A stretch of DNA of 64,000 bases from Octopus sinensis (Eukaryota). The translations under genes and the position numbers were made by a program. Position 1 is the stretch's first letter. Each line of letters begins with the position of its first letter. Below the pieces are notes generated by a model. The model did no database searches. It worked only from the letters and a program-made list of their open reading frames with translations, and had not been told where the DNA came from. Location: assembly GCF_006345805.1 (NCBI RefSeq), contig NC_043002.1, forward strand, positions 10,602,001 through 10,666,000. The letters run 5' to 3'. This document shows positions 52,122 through 64,000 of this stretch, piece by piece.

Positions 52122-52359
52122 CGAGTGATTGGAATGGAAGTCAATTGTTGCAAGCAGGATTGGGAAGTCACTAGTGTATTTAGTGAAATGATTGTACGAG
52201 TGTTTTTGTTTTATTTATTAATTTATCTTAATGTTAACATTTTGGCTTCAAACAGTGAATACACTCTCCCAGCATTATGATTTACCTGTACAGAATCATA
52301 CATTTTACATAGAAAACCACTTTAAAATATCTTTCAATAAGTGAATGTTGAAACATACT

Positions 52360-53063
52360 AAATTTGGTTTTTTCCCCCCACAATATATACTCACGGAATC
52401 GGGTGCATCTAACATAGGAGTGCATCTGATGCGAATGCGCTTCTTATTCGCTCGCAAATATGATATTCTTACTCACACACACACACACACACATACACAT
52501 ATATGCTCAATCACGCCCAGACACACCCATGTATACACTCACGTTTTGGTTTTTTCACACAATATATACTCACGGAATCGGGTGCATCTAACATAGGAGT
52601 GCATCTGATGCGAATGTGCTTCTTATTCGCCCGCAAATATGATATTCTTACTCACACACACACACATACACACACACACACATACACATATATGCACAAT
52701 CACGCAACACCCAGACACACCCATGTATACACTCACGTTTTGGTTTTTCCCACAATATATACACATGGAATCGGGTGCATCTAACATAGGAGTGCATCTG
52801 ATGCGAATGTGCTTCTTATTCGCCCGCAAATATGATATTCTTACTCACACACACACACATACACATACACACACATACACACACACACATACACATATAT
52901 GCACAATCACGCAACACCCAGACACACCCATGTATACACTCACGTTTTGGCTTTTTCACACAATATATTTTCTCGCGGAATCGGGTGCATCTAACATAGG
53001 AGTGCATCTGATGCGAATGTGCTTCTTATTCGCCCGCCAATATGATATTCTTACTCACACAAC

Positions 53064-53101
<38 letters not shown>

Positions 53102-53770
53102 TACACATATATGCACAATCACGCAACACCCAGACACACCCATGTATACACTCACGTTTTGGTTTTTTCACACAATATATACTCGCGGAATCGGGTGCAT
53201 CTAACATAGGAGTGCATCTGATGCGAATGTGCTTCTTATTCGCCCGCAAATATGATATTCTTACTCACACACACACACATACACATACACACACACACAC
53301 CACACACACATCACATATATATGCACAATCACGCAACACCCAGACACACCCATGTATACACTCACGTTTTGGTTTTTTCACACAATATATACTCGCGGAA
53401 TCGGGTGCATCTAACATAGGAGTGCATCTGATGCGAATGTGCTTCTTATTCGCCCGCAAATATGATATTCTTACTCACACACACACACACACACACACAC
53501 ACAACACGCACACACACACACACACATACACATATATGCACAATCACGCAACACCCAGACACACCCATGTATACACTCACGTTTTGGTTTTTTCACACAA
53601 TATATACTCACGAAATCGGGTGCATCTAACATAGGAGTGCATCTGATGCGAATGTGCTTCTTATTCGCCCGCAAATATTATATTCTTACTCACACATACT
53701 CACACACACACATATATACATACATGCTCAATCACGCACACCCAGACACGCCCATGTATACACTCACGTT
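52360..53770 (+). repeat. Tandem array, 7 units (periods 179, 193, 210, 210, 210, 215 bp) with a conserved core and a variable (CA)n spacer
   Basis: Core aatcgggtgcatctaac starts at 52397, 52576, 52769, 52979, 53189, 53399 and 53614. Confidence 0.95.
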
Positions 53771-54574
53771 CGACCATGTACACACTCATGCTCACGCACA
53801 CTCCGATTCCTATCAATCTCTTCATGAACTCACACTCCAGTCTTACAAACACGCCCATAATCACAATTTTCATTCAGACGCTTAGCTTCATTAACACCTA
53901 ACCTATGTACACATACTCTATCACACCTGCACACATACAGTTTTCTTATGTGCACTCACACACACACAAACACATTCATAGTTTGTACACGCGCATAAAA
54001 ATACAGTTACACACACAGCTAACACAAACGAAAGTAAAACGTATAAAATGGCTGAACAGAGGAATGTAATACACAACTCACATGTGCACAGACACCCAGT
54101 TACACACGTACACATGCTCACATCCATATGCGAAAGTACGGACATATTTAGAGAGGTAGGTACGTTCACAAATACAGACACACACACACACTCAGGCATA
54201 TATAAATCATCTGATCTTGTTAAATCTCTTTCAGCTACTTGGCGTTTTTCAAATTTTCTCCAGAATATTTTGAAATTATGCCGTTCTAATATAGTTTCAC
54301 GTGCTGAATACGAAAATCGTAATTAATTTTTTTCTTTTTTCTTCTGGGTTGGGGGTGGGGTTCTGTTTTTTCTAGAAATTAAGATTAAAGAAGTTACAAG
54401 CAATTATAATTATGTAATTTTAACCAACATATCGTTGATTGGTACTATCAGTTGTCATGGAAATCAACACAGGAAACAAAGACGAAACCTTTAGGCAGTC
54501 AATCGACTTGCTAGTAATAACAGCCGAATCTTCCTTAAACTACTCCATGACTAAAAAAGCAGAAAACACTCGCT

Positions 54575-54831
54575 CTCTTTACTCTCTTTTACTTGTTTCA
54601 GTCATTTGATTGTGGCCATGCTGGAGCACCGCCTTTAGTCGAGCAAATCGACTCCAGTACTTATTGTTTGGAAGCCTAGTACTTATTCTATCGGTCCCTT
54701 TTGCCGAACCGCTAAGTTACGGGGACGTAAACACGCCACCATCTGTTATGAAGCGATGTTGGGGGGACAAACACAAGCACACAAACATATACAGACACAT
54801 ACATACATAGTAACATACATACATACATACA

Positions 54832-54860
<29 letters not shown>
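54575..54860 (-). mobile_element. SINE B 3' half (head half at 55945-56125)
   Basis: Tail through to the central microsatellite. Confidence 0.85.
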
Positions 54861-54864
<4 letters not shown>

Positions 54865-55830
54865 TTAAAAGTATAGGCCAATCGAATGCATCTGTGGAAA
54901 TTAATACCATGCAAACAGAAGAATTTGACTGATTGCATATATATGCAGATATCTATTTGCCTTGAATAATACTATGGTGGTATTTATTGGTCTTCAGTGT
55001 TGCTACTATGTTGTTAATTGTGAGATATATGTATTGTTTGATTAGTAATGATGTTGTTAGTATAGCATTATTGACTTTTTGTAAAGTAACACAAATTAAT
55101 ATAATGAACTATTTACTATATATGTCTGCATTAAGTATGATTATATATGTTGTAATTTCTTAATATTGGTTGATGAACTGTAACATTCAATATAGAACAT
55201 TATTATGTTTATTGATATATATTGATTTATATTATTTATATTAGTATGTATGTGTATATGTATATATATATAAGGATATGAGTATATATGCACTCATATT
55301 TATATTTATATGTAAATGATTTTTGGGTATGTACTCATACCTACATTAGAATCTCCGAAGAGGCCGTAAGATAATTTTGTTAATGTCTCATTTATACCTG
55401 CAATATATGGCTAATATAGGTTAAATGAGACATACCTATCTGTATGGCCGAAACAGCTGTCAGTTATAATGTATATGTATTTTTATATCTTGTTATATTT
55501 ATTTAGTTATATCTCATTATATTGATTGTAATTATTGTACTGTATTAATGCCTAATCTTAATGCTTTTGTGTAGTGTTTTAATAATGTATATGATTCGGT
55601 ATTATCTGATAGTTGATGAATGATTTAGATATATTTCTCCATTTTCTCATTTTGTATTATATATATATATATATTTAAATAACGAGGGAGGTAAATTGAA
55701 TCTTAATTTAATTAATATCAATTTAAAACCAGTAGCCTAGCATACAAAAATCTGAAAAATCAGAGACGTAGGTGATCTACTTCTAGCATATGGCTGTCCA
55801 CATAGTGGTTTTTAGCCCTTTAAACACACA
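54861..55830 (+). mobile_element. AT-rich non-coding PLE-type element carrying a hammerhead, inserted in SINE B
   Basis: It separates the two SINE B halves. 55680-55820 resembles the aatt...acca(a)gt...gcat head motif also seen at 2330 and 35461. Confidence 0.6.
55352..55464 (+). ncRNA. Type I hammerhead ribozyme-like motif, U4C variant
   Basis: ct-CCGAAGA-ggccgta...tatggcc-GAAAC-agct-GTC-ag. Stem II is extended by agata/tatct and a perfect 12-bp atgtctcattta/taaatgagacat. Stem III octamer ACAGCTGT is palindromic. Stem I is weak. Confidence 0.65.
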
Positions 55831-55847
55831 ACACACACACACACACA

Positions 55848-55896
<49 letters not shown>

Positions 55897-55910
55897 TATA
55901 TATATATAGA

Positions 55911-55941
<31 letters not shown>

Positions 55942-55944
55942 AGA

Positions 55945-56125
55945 TATATATATACTTATCTACATATATACGACGGGCTCCTTTCAGTTTCCGTCTACCA
56001 AATCCACTCACAAGGCTTTGGTTGGCCCGAGGCTATAGTAGAAGACACTTGCCGAAGGTGCCACGCAGTGGGAGTGAACCCAGAACCATGTGATTGGTAA
56101 GCAAGCTACTTACCACATATCCACT
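55945..56125 (-). mobile_element. SINE B 5' half
   Basis: Family B head in the same orientation as 54575-54860. Confidence 0.85.
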
Positions 56126-56664
56126 TCTTCTACACATTATATGACAGTATTGGTCTTGTAATTCACAATTAGAGCGCCATTGTATTGCAATACTTTCTAG
56201 AGTCACGCTAAATATGTAACCATAAATACAGATTACATACAAGCTCTACGCACGTGATTGTTATTAACACATACGAAGCATTGGTGCTCTAATTTTTGAA
56301 TGTAAAACCAAAACCTCCAATTGCATTATATAATGTGTCGCCCTCTCTTTTTTATGACGTAGTTTAAAGGAGATTTGACTGCCGTATGTAGCTGGTCGAG
56401 AAACTACGTATAGTTATCTTCGTTGTCATTGCTGGTTTTCCATGACAAGACACAGTTCTGGTTGGCAACGTGTTAACAATGGACCTCTTTGATTGGTTAA
56501 GAGGACATAACTTTAAAAAATATTCTGATGAAAATTTGAAAATACTTGAAGTAGCTGGAAGAAATTTAACAACTTCAGAAAATCACATATGCAGATATGA
56601 ACGTATACGCGCACACGCACACCTTTTGCAATCATGCACAAAAATATATATGAACAAAATATAT

Positions 56665-56892
56665 TTCTTTACTGCTCACAAGGGGCTAAACATAGAGGGT
56701 CAAACAAGGACAGACAAACGGATTAAGTCGATTATATCGACCCCAGTGCGAAACTGGAACTTTATTTATCGACCCCGAAAGGATGAAAGGCAAAGTCGAC
56801 CTCGGAGGAATTTGAACTCAGAACGTAACGACAGACGAAATACTGCTAAGCATTTCGCCCGGCGTGCTAACGACTCTGCCAGCTCGCCGCCT
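56665..56892 (-). mobile_element. SINE A, full-length
   Basis: Reverse complement of the family A sequence. Confidence 0.88.
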
Positions 56893-57184
56893 GATATATG
56901 AACAAAATAATGACACTCGATGAAAGGAACTAAAACAGAAAAGGAAAGAAAATAAGAAACGAAGAAATACAGAAAGAAAGAAAGACAGACAGAAAGAAAG
57001 AAAGAAGGAAAGAAAGAAAGAAAGACAGACAGACAGAAAGAAAGAAAGATAGAAGGAAAGAAAGAAAGATTGAAAGAAAGAAAGTAAAAGGGAAAAATAT
57101 AATAGAATAACTCGGGTAACCAGTATGTTCTATAATCTGCATTTAATTCAGAGAAATGCTTCAAAGAAAGGCATGATTAACAAT

Positions 57185-57190
57185 AATTGA

Positions 57191-57288
<98 letters not shown>

Positions 57289-57459
57289 CATTATATTATT
57301 ATTATTATTATTATTATTATTATCATTATTATTATTATTATTATTATTATATATTATTATTATCATTATTATTATTATTATTAGTATTATTATGATTATT
57401 ATTATCATTATTATTATTATTATTATTATTATCATTATTATTATTATTATTATTTATTA

Positions 57460-57556
<97 letters not shown>

Positions 57557-57628
57557 ATTATTATTATTATCATTATTATTATATTATTATTATTATTATT
57601 ATTATTATCATTATTATTATTATTATTA

Positions 57629-57717
<89 letters not shown>

Positions 57718-57748
57718 CATTATTATATTATTATTATTATTATTATTG
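57185..57748. repeat. (ATT)n microsatellite
   Basis: Direct reading. Confidence 0.95.
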
Positions 57749-58334
57749 AGAACTCTGTTCGTGGATCTCAAAGAGGAACAACGTGTGTTCCTGAGCTGTA
57801 AGTTTTTGTGTAATTTTTACAGATAATATTTTTGTATCAGAAATTTTTTTACGATATTTCTGGGACCACCACGACTGGGCTCTTGCTGAGCTGAGCAGTT
57901 AGGCGCTAGTTATTTTTTCCCTTTTTGGGGCGAATTTTCAATTTAAAAGCACCGCTTTTTCGTTTTGCGAGTTTAAAATTAGCAAAAAAATGTCCTTGGA
58001 GAAGAGTGTCAGTTTTTCGTTTCATTTTTACTTCCTCCCACCACCACCACCACCTTTGCTGTCGGAAGACAGCCAAAAAATTTTTTTAATTTCTTGTCCC
58101 CATCCATTCCGCGCCTTAAAAGGCAAAGAGAGGGACGACCTAAGTCTTGCTAGCACGTGCAATGCCGAACAACGCTGAGGAAAGGAAGAAAAGAAACGCG
58201 AGAAAGAAGAGGAAAGGAGCAAGGGAATTCAGCCAATGGACGCTGCTAGCGTCGCAACACCTGTGAATCCAAGACCCCTTCCCACTACCACCATTAACGC
58301 TAACACATTGAACACCCAACAACAACAACAATAT

Positions 58335-58525
58335 AGTGGAGGCGCAATGGCCCAGTCGTTAGGGCAGCGAACTCGCGGTCGTAAGAACGCGGTTTCGATT
58401 TCCAGACCGGGCATTGTGAGTGTTTATTGAGCAAAAACACCTAAGCTCTACGAGGCTCAGGCAGAGAGGGGTGGTGAACACCGCTGTACTCTTTCACCAC
58501 AATTTTCTCTCACTCTTTCTTCCTA
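58335..58525 (+). mobile_element. SINE C, 3'-truncated
   Basis: gtggaggcgcaatggcccagtcgttagggcagcg...ctctttcaccacaa. Confidence 0.85.
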
Positions 58526-58859
58526 CTTCTGCCACAAAGCAGAGGAACCATGGTGTAACGCCAACTATGGTGTGGTAAACTTTCAGACCGTAGTCTAGAT
58601 TGCGAATCCTCTGTACCCCAGGATGGTTCAGCTCTCCACCCGTTAAAAGCCACCGTTTACGCAATGAGTATAACAACGTAGCTTTCGCGCCCGTGCAACC
58701 GCCTGTCTATCGTGTGTGGTGGGTGGATCTTCAAGTTGCTACACGCATTTTTAGTAGCTTAGAGTAGGCTCGAATTAGAGATTATTCTTTGTGGCTAATG
58801 GCATGAGTCCTGATTAGAAGTAGAAGAAGAAGACAACAACAATAACAACAACAACAACC

Positions 58860-60100
58860 CAATGCATTGAATAGCCGAGGTTTTGTTTCAATAGCAAAAT
58901 CAAGCAATGAATTTATCAACGTTTCTGTAGATTCTCTCAAAGACTACAGAAACATTTTAAAAAGTAAAAAAAAGCGAAAGATTTGTTTCGATAAACACAA
59001 CACCAGATATTATAGAGAAAACAAACTAACGTACCATAGTGTAAAAAAACTATACCACCTAAAAGTAAACGTATAAAACTTCCACAAAGAAGCAGTTGAA
59101 AAATGCATGCAACCATTTGGAAAGACGTAACTTATCTGGCGAGGGTAAGAAATATGGCACAATTGAAGTTAGACTTGCTGCAGAAGACGTAATAGAACAG
59201 CACTCAACGTCCCAGCTGAGAAACAGTGAACATGTCCTAGTTCTAACATACTTGGGACGGCGTGTTGCCGAGATAAAAATTCTGGAGATACCACCAGAAA
59301 TGAACGCTTGCTGGATTGTCACAGCCATCCTTCTTGACTTGGAAGATAAAACAGAGTAAAACAGAGTAAAAAAATAAACTGGACAGATCAAGAATTGCAA
59401 ATAATTATCCAAATAAGCCAAGACGTTTTGGAGAAAATTCTAACCAACTCAATCTTCCAGGTGGCACTCTGCTGAACGTCTTAGTTGAGGTCAGAAGGCC
59501 AAGATGCTATCTATGCGGAAAGAATAGCCACCTGAAAACCTTCTTCCCACAACTAAAACAGGTGGGTATTATCCCCTTGATACAAGCACCACCCACACCA
59601 CAACAACTGAAGCAACCCCAACTACAGAAGGAACGCCAAAAACGCCACCAACAACTACACGAAAGGCAACAGCGCCAGCAACAGCAGAGGCGCTGACCAC
59701 AACCACCACCACCACCACCACAGCGCCTACAAAAACAACAACAACATAGCTATTGCCAGAAGAACAGAAAAAACATCAGAAAATTTCGACCCACTGGAAC
59801 TACCCTTTCGCGACTCACCACTCAGGCATGTCGTGCGGAGAGGCCGACAGAATTGAATGGACAAAAGTCATACGTAAAAGACTAAGAAATGGGCACAATA
59901 GTACAGCAACAAATAAAAAAGCCAAAAAAAAAAAATCAAAACCACCCGAAAACAACAGCAATACACCATCATCCACGCTTCCATCACCTTCACCAATACC
60001 ACCAATATCAACACCGCAGACAGCCAACAGTACTGGGCACAAAAGGGTCAACACAAAAACTAAAACAAAAATAGCAAAAAACCCCCAAAACTCACCGTCA
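58860..60100 (+). pseudogene. Decayed LINE ORF1-like (gag-like zinc knuckle) region
   Basis: LPGGTLLNVLVEVRRPRCYLCGKNSHLKTFFP is a CX2CX4H knuckle with the last C lost, followed by low-complexity T/P/K-rich sequence. Assignment to L1/Tx1 ORF1 is inference. Confidence 0.5.
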
Positions 60101-61019
60101 TAAACACATACAACACAAACTTACTATTATACATAAAGAAAAAAAAACATCAAAATGACTAACTTTGTTTCTCCCTCTGATAACACACGGCCACCGCGCT
60201 TGCAGATACTTCGAACACCGCAAAATACATACAGAAACTGACTTTTAAGATTATGTTGAGTGTTTGTTGTTGCGTGTTAGACGGATATGGCTTTTAACTG
60301 AAGTGATAGTGAAGATCGCCCCACCGCCCTCCTTGAGTAATGCAGGGGAGGTATTTCCCTCGCCCTGTCTGGTGTTTCTGTTGAAAGAACCTGTGTGGTG
60401 GGCAAGGGTAACACGTCTATTCTCAAATCAGACACATTCCGCTTCGCTCAGCCGCCCCTCAACTTTTGAATTTTCACGTAGAATATAGAATGAGGGTCCC
60501 ATGCAATGAACTTGGTAAAAATAAGTGACAATGGAGGGAAAGGATTAAGAGTGGGTAGAATTAATCTAAGCATACACGCGTATGCTATGTAACCACAGTT
60601 GAGAGTGCGCACTTGTATGTTATGGCCACTTGCATTTTATGATCTTTTATTTGTTGTTTCCTGAATTGTTCTTGTTCGAGGTTCTCTTGTATCGGGGGTG
60701 AAAAGCTGAATTCTCCATGTATACTATATGTAGTTACAATCTCGCTCGCTTTGAGCTCGTCCAATTTCTATGAACTTCACACCCACCTCTGGTTTATGTA
60801 ACTTGACTTTGTAACGTCACCTTTATCATATATCGTCACACAAGCGGTATACCACCGTCTTCCGTGCAGTTGTTGCTAAAACATCGACTGGGATGGCAAT
60901 GTATGCACTTCACTCAATCACCTCCACAAGCTGTTTCACCTGTGCTAGACAAAGCACTTTCAATTCGGAGTATTTGGTGATTTTTTAAAACCTTTTTACT
61001 CACAACATTCATATCATTT

Positions 61020-61205
61020 GGTATGGCTACTTCTTAAGGCAGCTGGAAATCCTATGCAAGATTGATGTCTTGCAAAGAGCAGCCTTATTGGGCACAGCGC
61101 ACATCTTAAGGAAAGTATTATGTGTCTGAGGTCCTTGTTGTGACTTGACAGATGACTAAAGGTTCCGGTGTATTTTTACCCACACTGTGTTACGAAAGAA
61201 TAATG
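61020..61205 (+). mobile_element. RLE-type LINE 3' end
   Basis: IDVLQRAALLGTAHILRKVLCV*, then tail, then (AAT/GAT)n. Confidence 0.7.
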
Positions 61206-61392
61206 ATGATGATGACGATGATTTCAAATTTTGGCACAAGGCCAGCAATTTCGAGGAGCGGGTGAAGTCCTTTGCTTTAATCCCAGTGTTCAACTGGTAT
61301 CTATTTTATCGACTCAAATGGGTGGGAGGCCAAGTCGACTCCGCTGGCATTTGAACGCAGAACGTGTAAACGGACGAAATAATAACAATAAC

Positions 61393-61467
<75 letters not shown>

Positions 61468-61489
61468 GTAATAGTAATAATAATAATAA

Positions 61490-61840
61490 TACCAGCAGAT
61501 GACAACGTGTCTCTAAAAGAAATGGAGAAACTTTCAAAATACAAAGACCTGGAAATAGAGGTAACCAGAATGTGGAATATAAAAACAGAAACAATGCCTA
61601 TCATAGTAGGTGCATTAGGCATGATAAAAAAATATTCAGACAAATACATAACAAAAACACCAGGACTTACAAACACATATAACATACAGAAAATTGCACT
61701 ACTAGGCACTGCACACATCCTACGCAGAACACTTTCCATACAGTAACCATCAGAGCATCACAACAAATCACAGCACATACCTAAGGCACACAGAGCTGTG
61801 CTCGGTAGTGAAGTGAAAGCACGCTATAAAAATAAAACTA

Positions 61841-61850
<10 letters not shown>
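61490..61850 (+). mobile_element. RLE-type (R4/Dong) LINE 3' end embedded in (AAT)n
   Basis: IPADDNVSLKEMEKLSKYKDLEIEVTRMW...PIIVGALG...QKIALLGTAHILRRTLSIQ*. Confidence 0.85.
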
Positions 61851-61906
<56 letters not shown>

Positions 61907-62234
61907 GGCTTACCATTTATACAAGACAAGATTGTCTCAACTGGTACATCATGCGTATTGAGAAGAGCATTGTCGTTGTGATTTTTCTTTTCCTTTTTCT
62001 CCTTTATTTTATTTTTTTTACTTTTTGTATAAATTTTTTTTTCCTTTTCTCTCTGACCTTTCCCTTTTTTCTCTATCACATCACTTTGTAACTGAACAAT
62101 CTAGTCTGTTTTATTTTAATGGCCTACCAATGTGTATAGTGCATTTCTTTGTCTATGTCAGGAAGGCACTCGGCAGGAAAAGGAAACAGAATTCAAAGAA
62201 GATGATAATGGCAATAATAATGATGCCAATTTGT

Positions 62235-62418
62235 GTAAATACACCTACAATTTAGGTGTATTTCAAAAATCGGCATTATTTGGAACTGCCCGCATATTGC
62301 GTAAAGTACTGTCTGTCTGAGGTCCTTGCTTTGATTTGACAGACAGTACAAACCCCGGTGGACACAATATCTTAATCAACAACATCACAATATTGGATAG
62401 TGTGTGACGTCTTAAATG
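62235..62418 (+). mobile_element. RLE-type LINE 3' end followed by (AAT)n
   Basis: VFQKSALFGTARILRKVLSV*, with a tail like that of 61020-61205. Confidence 0.7.
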
Positions 62419-62424
62419 ATGATG

Positions 62425-62460
<36 letters not shown>

Positions 62461-62495
62461 TAATAATAATAATATAATAATAATATAATAATAAT

Positions 62496-62526
<31 letters not shown>

Positions 62527-62575
62527 TAACAATAATAATAATAATAACAATAACAATAATAATAATAATAATAAC

Positions 62576-62656
<81 letters not shown>

Positions 62657-63210
62657 CACTGCGTCTGTCATCATAGAGATGGGAATGTTAAGAGAAACGA
62701 AAGACCGTAGGAACAATGAACCATTCTCGAAAAGAAGAAAAGAAAGCGGAAGGATTTAAGTAAGATCCAGGAAATATGGAGAAGAAATATAAGGCTTAAT
62801 TAAAGTGAACAGAAGTGAAGGAATAAGACAAACCACTTGGTGGAGAGGGGTAATTCTAGGTAAATCGGTTGCGTTAGACTCAAAAGATCAAAGAGAATAA
62901 TGTTAAGATCAAAAAGATTTGAGGAAAGATGCTAATAGATAACTAAAAAGAACAAAGGAAATTAGAAAGAAAATAAATCATCTTTTCTATTATAGACACA
63001 AGGCCCGAAGTTGTTGGTGAAGAAGTCTGCTGGACTGCATCACATCAGACCTAGTGACCGACTGGTGGTTATTTTATCGATTCCGAAAGGATAGAAGACA
63101 GAGTCAGCCTCGACGTGCTAATGATTGTACACCGCCTTATTATGAAGAATAACAACAACAACAACAACAACAACAGTAGTAGTAATAATAATAATGATAA
63201 TAATAATAAT

Positions 63211-63740
63211 CCTTTCTAGTATAGGCACAAGGCCTGAAATATTTGTGGGAGAAGATGAGTCGATTACAATCGACCTAATTTTATCGACCCCGAAAGGATG
63301 AAAGGCAAAGTCGACCTAGGCGGAATTTGAACTCAGAACGTAGCGACCCGCGAAATACCTATTTCTTTACTACCCACAAGGGGCTAAAAACAGAGAGGAC
63401 AAACAAGGACAGACAAACGGATTAAGTCGATTATATCGACTCCAGTACGAAACTGGTACTTAATTTATTGACCCTGAAAGGATGAAAGGCAAAGTCGACC
63501 TCGGCAGAATTTGAACTCAGAACGTGGCGGCAGATGAAATACCTATTTCTATACTACCCACAAGGGGTTAAAGACAGACAGGACAAACAAGGACAGACAA
63601 ACGGATTAAGTCGATTATATCGACCCCAGTGCGTAACTGGTACTTATTTAATCGACCCGGAAAGGATGAAAGGCAGAGTCGACCTCGGCAGAATTTGAAC
63701 TCCGAACGTAGCGGCAGACGAAATACCGCTAAGCATTTCG
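63211..63740 (-). mobile_element. SINE A trimer (head truncated) with A' tail
   Basis: Junctions gaaatacctatttct at ~63353-63367 and ~63535-63549. Confidence 0.88.
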
Positions 63741-64000
63741 ACGACAGAGATGTGGGCCTCCAGATACACGAAGGTCTGGAGGGATAATCGAGGAACCCCA
63801 CCGTCCGAGATTTCCTTGAAAGCCTAGGAGCAAGGGCCCTCTCTAATCCCTTCTCTCCGACTCACAGGTCTACACTTAGAGAGGTACCATCCACTCTTGC
63901 CATTTTCGCAACTTTCAGTAATAATAATGACTTCAAATTTTGGCACAAGGTCTGCCAGTTCGCAGGAAATGGGTAAGTTGATTACAGTGACCACAACGTT

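Noticed and set aside
51539-52280. Poly-R/E/K ORFs resembling basic or acidic proteins
   Set aside because: Translations of the (GAA)n tract.
52639-53634. 331-aa repetitive His/Thr-rich ORF
   Set aside because: It arises from the tandem array with (CA)n spacers. There is no independent evidence of coding.
52360-53770. CRISPR-like repeat/spacer appearance
   Set aside because: The repeats are ~100+ bp, the spacers are (CA)n microsatellite variants, there are no cas genes and the context is eukaryotic.
60640-60990. Decayed mariner HTH region on the minus strand
   Set aside because: Only a faint motif resemblance across several stops, too weak to call.

Overview
AT-rich, microsatellite-saturated eukaryotic DNA with no intact protein-coding gene that I can support. 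The SINE repertoire and repeat density suggest a coleoid cephalopod, probably Octopus (inference). The window contains at least four tRNA-headed SINE families, labelled A-D here (my labels). It also holds a full-length frameshifted mariner (19310-20600), a 3.1-kb CR1/L2-group LINE (20611-23737), a decayed near full-length Penelope-like element (PLE, 30813-33990) plus other PLE fragments, R4/Dong-type RLE fragments embedded in (AAT)n tracts, MITEs, several recent fold-backs and local duplications, and a 7-unit tandem array built from a DNA-transposon end. The most striking signal is a non-coding, PLE-related repeat family carrying type I hammerhead ribozymes with a very long stem II and a self-complementary 8-nt stem III. 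Two copies with a fully canonical core lie back-to-back in a tandem-plus-inverted structure at 35461-36640, and variant copies occur at 4211-4315 and 55352-55464. A 95-nt pre-miRNA-like hairpin (42701-42795) and a SINE/LINE shared 3' tail with compensatory base changes are also notable.
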